Positions 25,153-37,590 of a stretch of DNA of 64,000 nucleotides are shown here, one piece after another. The notes under the pieces are model-generated. The model saw nothing but the letters and a program-made list of their open reading frames with translations. It searched no databases and was not told the origin of the DNA. The translations under genes were made by a program, and so were the position numbers. This DNA is from Amoebidium appalachense (taxonomy: Eukaryota > Protista > Ichthyosporea). Location of the stretch: NCBI GenBank assembly GCA_963693365.1, contig CAVNZM010000007.1, positions 186,001 through 250,000 on the forward strand, written 5' to 3'. Position 1 is the stretch's first letter. Each line of letters opens with the position of its first letter.

Positions 25153-26739
25153 ATGTATGACGACCTTCATCCCCCCTCCTGCTATGCAGGGCCTGCCCAT
25201 AGCTGGGAGCGTGTCCTGCGCGGCCTTAACGCCGCCGTCTTCTACTGCTTTCTTTCTGCTGTATGCTGCCCCATCCCCCCCCCTCCCCTCCCCCCGGCCC
25301 CCTCCCCCCCTTCCTCTCTACCCTCTCCCCCCTCCCCCCCCCCCCCCCCCCCCCCCCCACCCCTCCTCACCCCTCCTCCTGCCCCCATCCCGTGATGCTC
25401 CTGCACCGCGAACACGCTCCCTCTGGCAACCCCCCCCCCCCCCCCCCCCTTCCCCCCTTCCCCCATCCGTTCCCCCCTGCCCCTCCCCTCCCCCCTTACC
25501 CGCAACACAATCCCCCCCCCCCCCCCCCCTCCCCGCTCTCCACCCCTCCTACCATTTCACACACCCACTGGTTTCCTTTTTGAGAATAGGTGTCAGCAGG
25601 CACGCGGTCACTTACACACAGAGGCACACACACACACACGCACAATCGCATGCGCAAAGGTACACCTGCACCTGAAAAACTCTTATACGAACACGCATAC
25701 AAACATACATAAACGCGCACACAGACGGACATACAACACACACAGAGACGCAGTTTTTTTCCATGCAGAAGGGCATTCACAAACGCCACTGGTGGATATT
25801 GGCATACATAATTACACTTACACTCGCACGGTTGCAAAAACTCTTGTATACCTTTATACACACACACACACACTCGTAGGCATAAACGTTTATACGCATG
25901 CCATGAAGAACATTTCCACCCACTCACTCATGCATTCACCCACCTAGTTACACACACGCATGCAAAGCACAGGCACACTCACCTACACACATAACTCAAC
26001 ACATGCGTGTGCAAGCGGAGGTCACCTAATGAACTCATATGCATCCACAAACAACCACACACATAACCTCGTGTTCCGACAACCATGCCACGGCATGGAG
26101 AGTGTAGGGACTATGTTCCGTGTTATGCTCATGGTTACTCACCACCACTCCCTCCGAAACAAGCAGTTATTTATCCGTATTTCTCCTCCGGGAAACAGTT
26201 ACGCCTCTCTCCCCCTGGATAACATTACGTCATCCCCCCCCCCCGGTCCCCCCCCTCTCCAGGTACTCTACTTTGGTGCCGACCGCATTCTAACCCAACG
26301 GTCTGTTGTCTATCGAAAGATGTCGGTCGCAGATAAGGTGGGTGGGAGGGTAAAGAGAAGGGCGGGGGGGGGGGGGGGGGGGGGGGGAGGGGGGAGGGAG
26401 GGACGGGGGGACGGGGGAGGGGGGGGGGAGGGGAGGAGGGGGGAGGGGGAGGGTTAAAAGGGTGGGTATAGGGACACGAGAGAGGGAGGACGAGAGAGGG
26501 GGGGCTTATGGAGATGGATTTTTTTTTTGGTTTTTGACGAAGGAATACCGTCATGAGAGTCATTGGTGTTGGTGTGTTGAGGGGGATGGATGGGTGTGCT
26601 TGGAGAGGGGAATGAGGGTCAGCCGAGAGTGGGGGGGGGGGGGGGGGGGGGGGGGGGGAAGGAAGAAGGGGGGAGTGAGGGGGGGGGGAGTAGGTCCCGT
26701 GACGGTTTTCTTGGCGTGAGCTGAGATTGGTTTTTTTTT

Positions 26740-26770
<31 letters not shown>

Positions 26771-27377
26771 GGGGAGGTGGGGGGAGGTTCTATAGATGAG
26801 CAGTGTGGACGGGTGCTAGTCGGGGCAATGAGGCTGCATGGTGTTTATAGACCACCACAGCCCCCCTTTCCCCTCCCCTTCTGCTTTCTATACCACACCT
26901 TCCCCTTCCCCCTCCCCCCCCCCCCCCCCCCTTCCCCCCCCCCCGGCCTCCACACTTAATCGTATCTCTGAACGATATCCCTCCCCCCCCCCCCCCCCCC
27001 CCATCCATCCCGCCGGCCACCCCCCCCCCCCCCCCCCCTGCCCCCCGTTTTCCCCTTCGTCCCCCCCCCCCCCCCCCCCCCCCCCCTTTCCCCCCGTCCA
27101 TCCCAGCCCCCCCCCCCCCCCCCCCCCCCGCCTCTTTCCCTTTCCCTCCCCCCCCCCCCCCCCCCCCCCCGTCCATCCCGCCTTTCCCCCCCCCCCGGTC
27201 CATCCCACCGGCCTCCCCCCTCTTTTCTTTTCGTCCCCCCCCCTCACCTCCCCCCCCCCCCCCCCATCCATCCCGCCGGCCACCCCCCCCCCCCCCCCCC
27301 TGCCCCCCGTTTTCCCCTTCGTCCCCCCCCCCCCCCCCCCCCCCCCCCCGCCCCCCCTTTCCCCCCGTCCATCCCAG

Positions 27378-27414
<37 letters not shown>

Positions 27415-27766
27415 CCTCTTTCCCTTTCCCTCCCCCCCCCCCCCCCGTCCATCCCGCCTTCCCCCCCCCCCCCCGGTCCATCCCACCGGCCTCCCCCCCT
27501 CTTTTCTTTTCGTCCCCCCCCTCACCTCCCCCCCCCCCCCTTGCCTTCCTCTCTCTTTCCCCTCCCCCCCGGCCCCTCCCTTTCTGGCCCCCCCTCCCCC
27601 CCCCCCCCCCCCCACCTCCCCTCTCCCCCGTTAAAAGGAAAAAAGTTGGGGGAGGGGGAGAGAGGGAGGTGGTTACATCCCATCTACTGCCTGGTTGCTC
27701 CTGCCCTCCGTGGTCTGTACCTAACAACCGACAAAAATGCTCCTCCCCCCCCCCTTCCCCGTCCCT

Positions 27767-27840
<74 letters not shown>

Positions 27841-28885
27841 CTGACTGTGCTACCCGTGTGTACTCCAATTTACATGCCGTGGTGGTGCCTTTTGGCCACA
27901 TGTACGCAATGTACAAGTGTGGAATCATGGGTGTGTGCCCGTAAACCACCTCCCCCCCCCCCTTCCCCCCACCCCTTGCCCCCTTTCTCCGCCCCCCCCC
28001 CCCTCCCCCCCCCATTCCCCCTCTTCTCCCCCCTCCCCCCTCCCCATAAAAAATAAAAGCGTGGTGTATGAGTTTTCTTCCTTCCCCCAATCCCCCTCCC
28101 CTTTAAAATAGTGCGTTAGCAGAGTTAGGCTTTGCGTGATATGCGATCTTGTTGAAACTCGAGCACTGTGAATGACAGCCCCCCCCCCCCCCCCCCCCCC
28201 CCGCCGTCTGTGACATCTTTATACTCTGCAGGGAGGTGTGTATGTGTGTGCTTCCCAGAAGGGGGGGAGGGGGGGGGGGGGGGGATGGTGATGGTTTTCT
28301 TCGAGGACAGTTGGAAGGGGATGCCTTTTGGGGGGGGGGGGGGGGGGGGGGGAGGTCGTGTGATAGGGGACCCGTGGAGGCTTAAACAGGGGAAGAAAAC
28401 CTAGGGGGACGTGGGGGAAAGGGGAGGGGAAGGGGGGGGGGGGTTGTGCACGTAGAAGTATATTGGAGGTTAGAAGTATATTGGAGGTTAGAAGTATATT
28501 GGAGGTTAGAAGTATATTGGAGGTTAGAAGTATATTGGAGGTTAGAAGTATATTGGAGGTTAGAAGTGGGGAGAGTGGGGTGGGTCCGTAGTGAAGGTAG
28601 TGACTCACACTTGCAATCCCGCACTTCTCCCCCCCTCCCCCCCCCCCCCCCCTCCCCCTTCCCCCTCAACACACACACACTCACACACACAGGTGACTGG
28701 TACACGTGGGAGTGCCCCATGCAGGAGATCGTGTTTGGGTTCAGTGTGGGCTACTTTGCCTTCGACACGTACGTGTTGTTGGTCTCTAGGCTGGAGTACT
28801 GGCAGGCATTCTTGGCCCACCATTTTATCGGCGCATCCCCATGTACGTGCCTGCTTGCATCTCCCCCCCCCCCCCCTCCCCCCTC

Positions 28886-28916
<31 letters not shown>

Positions 28917-28984
28917 CCGGACCTTTTTTTTTACACACACACGCACGCGCGCACACACATGCACACACATACCCAAACATTCAT

Positions 28985-29079
<95 letters not shown>

Positions 29080-29871
29080 CACACACGCACATATCCCAAG
29101 GCCAGCTGGTGACGCTATTTTTGTAACAAAGAGGAGTTGGCACAACACCCGGGGGAAGGCGGGTGGGTGTGTGTGTGTGGGGGGGGGGGGGGAGGGGGGG
29201 AGGAGAGGGAGGGGTCATTGTGTGGGTGATGATGTTAATTCTTCTTTTTTTTGGTGGTGGTGGTGGGGGGGGGGGGGGGGGGGGGGGGGGGTAGGTAGAG
29301 CCAAAAGGAAATCGATGGGACTGCAGTGTTTTGTTCGTGTTGGGTAGTTGGCATGGTTGGACCTGGGATCTGCTCCTGTGTATGCGGTGGTGGTGGTGGT
29401 GGTGGGGGGGGGGGGGGAGAGAGAAGGGAGGGGAGGGAGGCGGGGGGAGGGGGGGGGGGGGGGGTCTTGGACTAGGGTCTGGGAAGCCAGAAGCATGTAG
29501 AGGTTTTATAATGCAGATTTTTTTTTGAAGGGAAGGGGGGGGGGGAGAGGGGGGGGGGGGGGGGGGGATGGGGGGTTAAAACCAACGTGTCGTTATATTA
29601 TTGCAGATGTGGTTGCATTTGTGCCGGGCTGTGGGCGGTCATACTTCACAATGGGCATAGGCATGCTCATAGAGGTGGGTGGGGGGGGATGGGGAAAAAA
29701 AGGTGGTGATGGTGATGGGAAGGGGGAGGGGGGTGGGAGGGTTAAAAATGCTTTATAAGGCATGGGTCGGTGTTGGCGAATCTACCGTTTCTGGTTCGGT
29801 GGATGGAAGAAGGGGTGTGCGTGTTTTTTTTTTTTTTTTTTTTTTTTTTTTGGGGTGTGTGTATGGGGGTT

Positions 29872-29928
<57 letters not shown>

Positions 29929-30232
29929 TGCGTGAAGTTTGTGTGTATGCATGCCATGTGGAACAATCAAAATAAGAGGGGTTTCTCGATATGCATGTCG
30001 ATGGAACCCCCCCCCCCCCCCCGGCCCCTTCTATGTCCCTTGTTCACTTCTTCCAGACTGCTCCTATCCCCCCCGGTACTGTGGATGACGTGGGCCCCCC
30101 CTGAGGATGGGCTCTGCTTATTATGCATACTCTTTATGTATGGCTTGCATTCTGCATCGTGTTATCCGTTTGTTCTTGTGTACTTCGTACTTTTTGACGC
30201 ATTCAAAACCCCCCCCCCCACCACCACCACCA

Positions 30233-30315
<83 letters not shown>

Positions 30316-30586
30316 CATGCACGTAGCTCTCTACCTCTCCATATGTGGGTATACTCCCCATCCCCCACCACCTAGTTCTCTATAAATCGATATGAAAACA
30401 TGCTCCCCTTTCCCTCCCTTTGTCCTCTCATCCAACACAATCACCCCCAATCCAACCCCAATCCCCATCTCGCCCATTCTTCCCCCCCTCCCCCCCTCTT
30501 CCCGTACTTCGTACTCTATAGCGCATTATAACCCCTCCCCCCCCCCCCCCCCCCCCCCGGCGTCTTGCCCGTCTGGTACTCTTTAT

Positions 30587-30643
<57 letters not shown>

Positions 30644-31994
30644 ACCACCACCACCACTACACACACACACTTTGGCACACACACACCTCATTCGGCCATC
30701 CGCTCTCCCTCAAGTTCCCCCCTCTACCGCTGTCCTTCCGGGGTTAAACCCCCCCCCCCCCCCAAAAAAAAAAAAAAAAAAAAAAAGGGAAAAAAGTTTC
30801 ACCCACCCAATCCCTCCTCACCTATTGCTGTTGAAACAAAGTATGGGTTGGGAACCACGCGCGAGAGGTTAAAGAGTCGAAACCCATCCTTTTGTGGAGG
30901 CATAGGAACCCCCCTGATGATGGGCTCTGTTCAAATGTCTTCTGCCTGCACGCTTAATTGTTTTGATTTTGGGTTTCCCACCTTTGTGACGCTTTGTTGT
31001 TGCTCTTTGTTGTCTCCTCCATATCTCCAACCCTCTAACGCATACATCACTCCCCCCCCCCCCCCCCCCCCTCCCCCCCCTCCCCCCCCCGAAACTCGGG
31101 TACTGTGGATGACGTGGGCCTCCCCTGAGGATGGGCTCTGCTTATTATGCATACTCTTTATGTATGGCTTGCATTCTGCATCGTGTTATCCGTTTGTTCT
31201 TGTGTACTTCGTACTTTTTGACGCATTCAAACCCCCCCCTCTTTTCCTCCGAGTATCGTTCCACCCCCCTTTATGACTCTAATATGGGCTGCAGGTGACC
31301 AACATCTTTATGAATGCAACGTGGTGGCTGGACAAATATGGGAAGAGGGTATGTAACTTCCTGCCTGTGATGCACGTGTGCTTGAACCTTACACACCCAC
31401 ATGCATTTAACCCCACTTAAACACTCACACACATACCCTCAACCCAACACGTAAGCACACACCCAAATCTCCACATGTTTACCCCCCACACATACACTTC
31501 AACGCTGTAAACACACAGACACATCCGCCTGCAAGCACACGCTCATATAGGGCACTGTAGTCAATAGATCGATATCAATACATGCTCATATTTTAAAGCT
31601 CTTCAACCTGATTTTTTAAATCTTTCTCGCCAAATATAGGTCCCTCCTTGCTTTCACCCAGCCTCACATAAGCACCAACACCTGCCATCAAGTGTCTGTT
31701 ATAGTTTTAGGTGGATGGAGGGTAGGCATTGAACCAAGGGGAAGCAGGGTGGGGGGATGGGGGGGATGGGGTATATATGCAAACACAGCTGTGCATGTGG
31801 GTGGTGGGTGGGTGGGTGGGTTTGTGTGTGGGGCCGTAGTGTACAAGTGTGGGTGTAGGTTCCTGTGCGCTCGCATGCGCCTGTGTTGTGTATGTGTGCA
31901 TATCGGATGTTTTTTTTCCTCCTTGTTGTGTGTGGCAGGGGGGAGGCCGGCGGAGGGGGCGGGGAGGAAGGAGGTGGGGGTACGGGGGGAACGG

Positions 31995-32032
<38 letters not shown>

Positions 32033-32294
32033 GGCAGAGACCACGTTTCTGTTGCTGACGTTGCTGCAGGACTCACGGCTCTACACGGTCAGCTGCTACG
32101 CAAACTTTGCAAACTGGGTGGTGTTTAGGGTTGCCATGATCTACTGGCTGGCGTACGGCATGTTTGTCCGGGTACGTGCAGGCACATGCATATGCGCATG
32201 CACACACACATACACACACCTACACATGCTACACTTGCCCATGCAATGGCTCACGCACATGCACACACCTACAGACACAGTGCACATGCACGCG

Positions 32295-32354
<60 letters not shown>

Positions 32355-32661
32355 CATGCAGACATGCACACACTCTTACACCCACACATACACACACACA
32401 TACACATGCCCATGCTCACATGCTCATGCAAGCACACACGAACGCACATGCCTTCACAGAGACACATCCGCTTCCCTGTTCTTTTTGGCGCATTTTACAT
32501 ATACAAAAATGCTCCGATCCCCCCCCCCCCCCCCCCCCCCCCCTCGATGGGCTCGGCTGATGCCGCACACACTTTGTGTTTTGGTTTCCGAACCATGCTA
32601 CTTTGATCTGTGTCGATCCCTTCACTGTGTGGTTGAGCTTCAAGTAGTGGCTACATTCCAG

Positions 32662-32725
<64 letters not shown>

Positions 32726-32868
32726 GCCTGCACGCACATACATACGCACACACCACAACCACCGAGCACACAGATTCACAAGCACCACATATACAGCCAT
32801 CATACCCCTTAACACGATTCTGGTTTCCTACCCCTTCCCCATGGCTCCGGGGCATCTTGTTAAGCTAA

Positions 32869-32954
<86 letters not shown>

Positions 32955-33429
32955 CATCCCAGTCTACGGCCTGCAGTGCCCCTGTGTGTGGCCACACTAC
33001 ATCATCTCAGGCTTCCTCCTCCCCTTCTGCACATATGTCTTTTTCACTATCGTTTTGCCAGACTTCATTACCCAGGTACCTCCCCCTTCCCCCCCTCTTC
33101 CCTCCCCACAGAAAAAAAAAAGAAAGAAAGGAAAGCAAAGAAAAGGAGAGGGAGGAAGAGAGAAAGAGAGAACCCACCACACCAGCCACGTGAGCATGTA
33201 AATTGCTAATGTGCGCTACACTCAAAGGCTCTGTGACCGGGGGCCGGGGATGGGGAAGGGGGAGGAGGGGCAGGAGAAGCCAGCGGAGGGGGAGGGGAGG
33301 AAGGGGGGGGGGGGGGGGGACGGGACGGGAACCGGTGGTGGTGCGTGTGTGCATGTGTGTGTGTGTTTGTGCGTGTGCGATATTCGCGTGTTAATGTGGA
33401 TGTACACCACCTACACACGAATAACTCGC

Positions 33430-33465
<36 letters not shown>

Positions 33466-33637
33466 TCCCCCCCCCCCCCCCCCCCCCCCCCCTCGGGCCT
33501 TTTTCGCTCTCGTTTATCTCCCCGTCCCCACTCTTATTCACGCTCCTTTCTATTCTTTCTCCCTCCCCCCCCCCCCCCCCCCCTCCCTCCCCTACCCCTT
33601 CCCTTTTTCCCTCTCTCCCTCCTTTACGACGTCTTCT

Positions 33638-33668
<31 letters not shown>

Positions 33669-33859
33669 CCTCCCCCCTTCCCCTCGTTTTCGCTCCCTCC
33701 ATGACTACCCCACCCCCTCCCCCCCCACCCCAACCCCACCCACCCACAAACACACACACGACTACCCACAAACAGATTCGGGAAACACGTGCGCGCCGGG
33801 AGAGGCGGATGTACAAAAGCATCGAACGCAAGGCCACCCACCTGCCGGGGAGCATGTGA
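25153..33859 (+). CDS. TLC-domain (TRAM/LAG1/CLN8; TMEM56/TLCD-like) membrane protein, 9 exons, 284 aa
   Basis: Exons 25153-25260 (gccaccATG), 26263-26337, 27840-27930, 28693-28842, 29607-29674, 31295-31348, 32070-32171, 32953-33075 and 33776-33859. All introns are GT-AG with consistent phases, total 855 nt. Motifs RVYSNLHA, FSVGYFAFD, FLAHH, LIEVTNIFMNATW and WVVFRV match the TLC signature. Confidence 0.92.
28453..28567. repeat. 18-bp minisatellite (TAGAAGTATATTGGAGGT) x6.4 in TLC intron 3
   Basis: Perfect tandem units with no spacers. Confidence 0.95.
30074..31262 (+). mobile_element. Cluster of retrozyme-like repeat copies in TLC intron 5 (locus 2)
   Basis: Near-identical copies at 30074-30208 and 31091-31231, a 3'-end fragment at 30503-30533 (CGTACTTCGTACT..CGCATT), and a diverged 5' part with the full ribozyme-like motif at 30821-30930. 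Confidence 0.7.
30821..30928 (+). ncRNA. Candidate permuted hammerhead ribozyme, second complete copy
   Basis: Stem III ATGGGT 30843-48 / ACCCAT 30882-87; GUU 30847-49; stem I GGG 30850-52 / CCC 30911-13; CTGATGA 30914-20; stem II AGAGTC 30873-78 / GGCTCT 30923-28; GAAA 30879-82. Confidence 0.58.
32546..32661 (+). repeat. Highly diverged, truncated copy of the same repeat family in TLC intron 7
   Basis: Begins GATGGGCTCGGCTGATGCCGCACAC and ends CATTCCAG followed by poly-C, like the other copies. Confidence 0.45.
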
Positions 33860-33982
33860 CGTCATCATGACGTCATTATACCCGCCTTTAGGCTGTTATT
33901 CTTCGTTTTTAATATATATTTTTCTCGTGCACACTCAACACACGGTTATTTCGTTGTATATCGTCATTTTGCTTAAATCGAC

Positions 33983-34458
33983 AATGGGGCTCTCCACACT
34001 GCGCCGATGGACTGGTTTTGGATTGACAGTCCATCGGAGCTCCGATTGACCACGCTCGACCATATTTGGGTTTTTCGCAAGTCCATCCGATCGGAGCGTC
34101 CAGACTGGTCACGGATTGACGGTAACGCTGGGTTGTCATGTCTAAGATGCCTAACGCGCGGTCCATTTTTGGCTATTTTCTTTGCAATTAGTTAATTGGT
34201 AGGTGCGAATAGACATTTGGTAAAGTACGGAATGATTGGTTCTAATATTGGGCTGAAAGTCAATCCGGGCCCGGATTGAAACGCCGATGGACTGGCGGTT
34301 AATCCGGGAGTCAATCCGAATTCAACTGGGTTCGGCCAAAGTTGGCAAGCGCAGTCCATCGGACTCGGTGTGGACGCCAGATCGATTGGACTCCGTTCCA
34401 AATTAGGCAAATTTGGTCAATCCGGAGCGTCAGTCGGCGCAGTGTGGACAGCCCCATT
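33983..34458. mobile_element. MITE with ~28-bp terminal inverted repeats (PIF/Harbinger-like termini)
   Basis: AATGGGGCTCTCCACACTGCGCCGA ... TCGGCGCAGTGTGGACAGCCCCATT. Many internal GATTGA/TCAATC and CCGATGGACTG/CAGTCCATCGG subrepeats; no coding capacity; target-site duplication not clean. Confidence 0.8.
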
Positions 34459-35004
34459 AATAGGTTCAAGCAGCCAGATTCGACACACTAAGCACACCCC
34501 CAACCACTGGTGCACACACAAAACATGCACAAACACAAGATGCTTGCACGTGCACACAGCTCGTGCACACACAAACACGTGCACACACGTGCACACGCAC
34601 ACACGTGCTCACCGTGCTTTTTCGTCTTTGAACACGTTACGTTGACGTCGTTGCTTGCTCCTACCCTAGTCTCGTGTGGATAATGATTCCATTTAGTTGG
34701 CACGTTGCCGTGTGTGTGCACGATATAACGTAACTGATAGTTGGAATGTGCACGCACGTGTGCGCACACGTGCAATATTTGAAAGACACGTATGAAATGA
34801 TGTAATGGCAATCAATTTGCCTGCATGCCTTAGATTGGGTCTGTGTTTGGATTATTATATGCTTCTGTATTTGCCTATAGCTATTAAAGAGGCTCCTTTC
34901 CGGTCCTGTGTCTGCCTTTAAAGCTTCCCCCTCTCCCCCTTCTCAACGAGCACACATTTTGCCAACAAATGCGATTTAAGTGCACATGTGTGCGCGAGAA
35001 CATG

Positions 35005-35276
35005 CACAGACACACAATCTGCTAATATCAGAGAGTTTGGCTAAATTCTCCATAGACACACGTACACACACACACCCGCACACAGACACACAATCTGCTA
35101 ATATCAGAGAGCTTGGCTAATTTCTCCATAGACACACGTACACACACACACCCGCAGACAGACACACAATCTGCTAATATCAGAGAGCTTGGCTAATTTC
35201 TCCATAGACACACGTACACACACACCCGCACACAGACACACAATCTGCTAATATCAGAGAGTTTGGCTAAATTCTC
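35005..35276. repeat. Minisatellite, 74-76 bp unit, ~3.6 copies
   Basis: Units start at 35005, 35081, 35157 and 35231 (CACAGACACACAATCTGCTAATATCAGAGAG(T/C)TTGGCTAA...). Confidence 0.95.
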
Positions 35277-35827
35277 GTACATGTAAACACACATCTCGGC
35301 GTGCACAGGCCCATGTGCCGGCTGGAAGGGCATACAGTCTCCTGTCGAATTCATTTCGTGCAATCTGGGCATTCAGAGTATGAGATATCTTGCACGTGCA
35401 TCACCCACGCTTACATATGTTGCCCATGGTCCAGCCACATGCAATCAACGGATGACTTTGCTTCCGATGTGTCCGCCCCAACCACCAATCTAATCCGGAT
35501 CATAATCTGCTCTGATACAGCATACACACCTTTTTGATCACGTGGGCACACAAAGTGTCAACTCCCCCTCCCCCCCCCCCCTCTCCTCACCGGTACACAC
35601 TCAAACTACTCCGGCACCCAATAGAGTCTTGCAAATCTATTTACAATGCACGTTATGGTACCCATACGGCTGCATAGAAACGTTGTTCACACTTCACATA
35701 GATGGTAACTACTGTAGACATCTTTTTATATTATGAAACCTCCCCGAGGGCCGACATCCCCTCCAGAGGATCCCCCCTCGCCCGGCCCTCCCCACCACCC
35801 ACGTCTCCTTCCCCTCCCCCCTTGCTC

Positions 35828-36484
35828 TTAGTAGACCTTGACCGAGCCATCCCCTGCATGTGCCACATACATAACCCCAGTATCCCGAGCCACAGCCACA
35901 GCAGTAGGACTGGCCAACTTGGGCACCCCCATGACGCCTATCTCGCACAGGAACACCCCCGTAGATGTGAATGCCAGAATTTTCTGGTTGTCTTTGTCCG
36001 CCACAAGCACCTGCCCGTGCCCGTCCGCACACATATGGATGGGCCCGTAGAACTGCCCACTGCCCTTGCCTTCTCCTGCGCAGCCACCACCCAGGTGTCA
36101 GTGTGTGTGCATGTGCATGCACGTGCAGTCAGACCATGAGACCCGAGGCCCCGGGGGAGCGAGGGACAGGGGGGAGGGAGTGGGAGGGGGAGGGGGAGAG
36201 AGGGAGGGGAGGGGGGAGAAGGGAGGCCGGGGAGAGAATACATTCAGGAGAGAGGGACGGAGAGGGGCCGGGGCGGGAAGGGAGCCTCAGGAAAGAGGAC
36301 GAAGGGGGGGTCTATGTCAAAATATTCTTGTTTGTGCAGTATACCAGCGGCTGCGGTGTTTGTATGTAAAATTTACGTGGTGGATGGTTGCCGTTGCTAT
36401 TGTGGCCTAGCTTTCGATTGAGCGACTGTGTTTTTGTGTGTGGGTGGTACTCTGCAAGGCTCTGTTTTGGTGTTTTTTTTTTTT

Positions 36485-36516
<32 letters not shown>

Positions 36517-36624
36517 TGTACGGGGAAGAGAGGGGGGTTGGGGGGGTGGGTGGGTGGGGGGGTGGGGGGGGGGGGGGGGGGGGAAATAGAAGCCATAAAA
36601 AAAACAGCGAAAGAGACTTTCTTT

Positions 36625-36676
<52 letters not shown>

Positions 36677-37557
36677 TATATAAGCTTAAAAAAACCGCGA
36701 TAGTTACTTTGAGCGCAACTACTAGGTGGATACAGGTGAAAATAAGGGGGGGGGGGGGGGGGTTGCATAGCATCAAGGTCACATACCTCCCCACTTGCGT
36801 GTAATTTCGCCCGTATTAGGGTCCAGGCATGCCACCTCGAACCTGTCCATCAGCATCACATACACATCCCCACTGGGCCCAACTGCTAGCCCAAACGGCC
36901 GCTGCGGCAGCTTCCACTCTGTCAGGTACTTGCCCTCCTGCGTGAACAACTGTTGGGCCCCCCCTACGTGGTTACTACACCTACTAGAGGAATGCTAAAA
37001 CTGAAACCCCCCTACGTGGTTATTGCACCTACTAGAGGAATGCTAAAACTGAAAATAGTTCGAATTCAGCGCACGTGGCCATCCGCCTTCAGTGTTGCGA
37101 CCTAGAAGTTGAATTCAACCTTAGTGACAGCTTTCGTTTCTATTAACATCATCATTCATTATTTGCGGCCGCGCAGTGGCATGTCCATGATAGCACTAAC
37201 TTAGTGAAGGTACTGATATTCACGGGTGAATAACCTGTGTACTAGCCAATCACTGAGCATGCAGACCGTACTACTAGTAACACTGATGACTGCTGCAGGC
37301 CTCACGAGCTCAACTTGTCGGAAACCAAGCAATCCGATGTAGTGGTCCCAATCTGCAGCTTGATGCTCTAGATACTACTAGTAAGTCTCGAGTCCACAGA
37401 ATCTATTCCCCCCCTCCCGTTTCCCCCTCTGCACAGTGCCTAGCTGGCTCAACTCGTTCACCACCACCACCAACATCATGGTAAGGAACAGGTACCACGT
37501 TGGACACGTGGCTCTATGTAAGCCATGAATGAGACTCGGTGCAGTTAACATCCTTCC

Positions 37558-37590
<33 letters not shown>

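Noticed and set aside
26790-28090. Long Pro/Gly-rich ORFs, and the many CVCV/HTHT ORFs throughout the window
   Set aside because: Translations of poly-C/G and (CA)n tracts inside introns or intergenic DNA.
30914-30990. TGATGA as the C box of an intronic C/D snoRNA
   Set aside because: No terminal D box (CTGA) or closing stem; better explained as the hammerhead CUGAUGA.
35005-35276. Regularly spaced repeats suggesting a CRISPR array (also 28453-28567)
   Set aside because: No unique spacers, eukaryotic context and no cas genes: plain minisatellites.
37283-37345. CTGATGA ... GAAAC ... GTA in canonical hammerhead order
   Set aside because: Stems I, II and III do not pair next to the core boxes.
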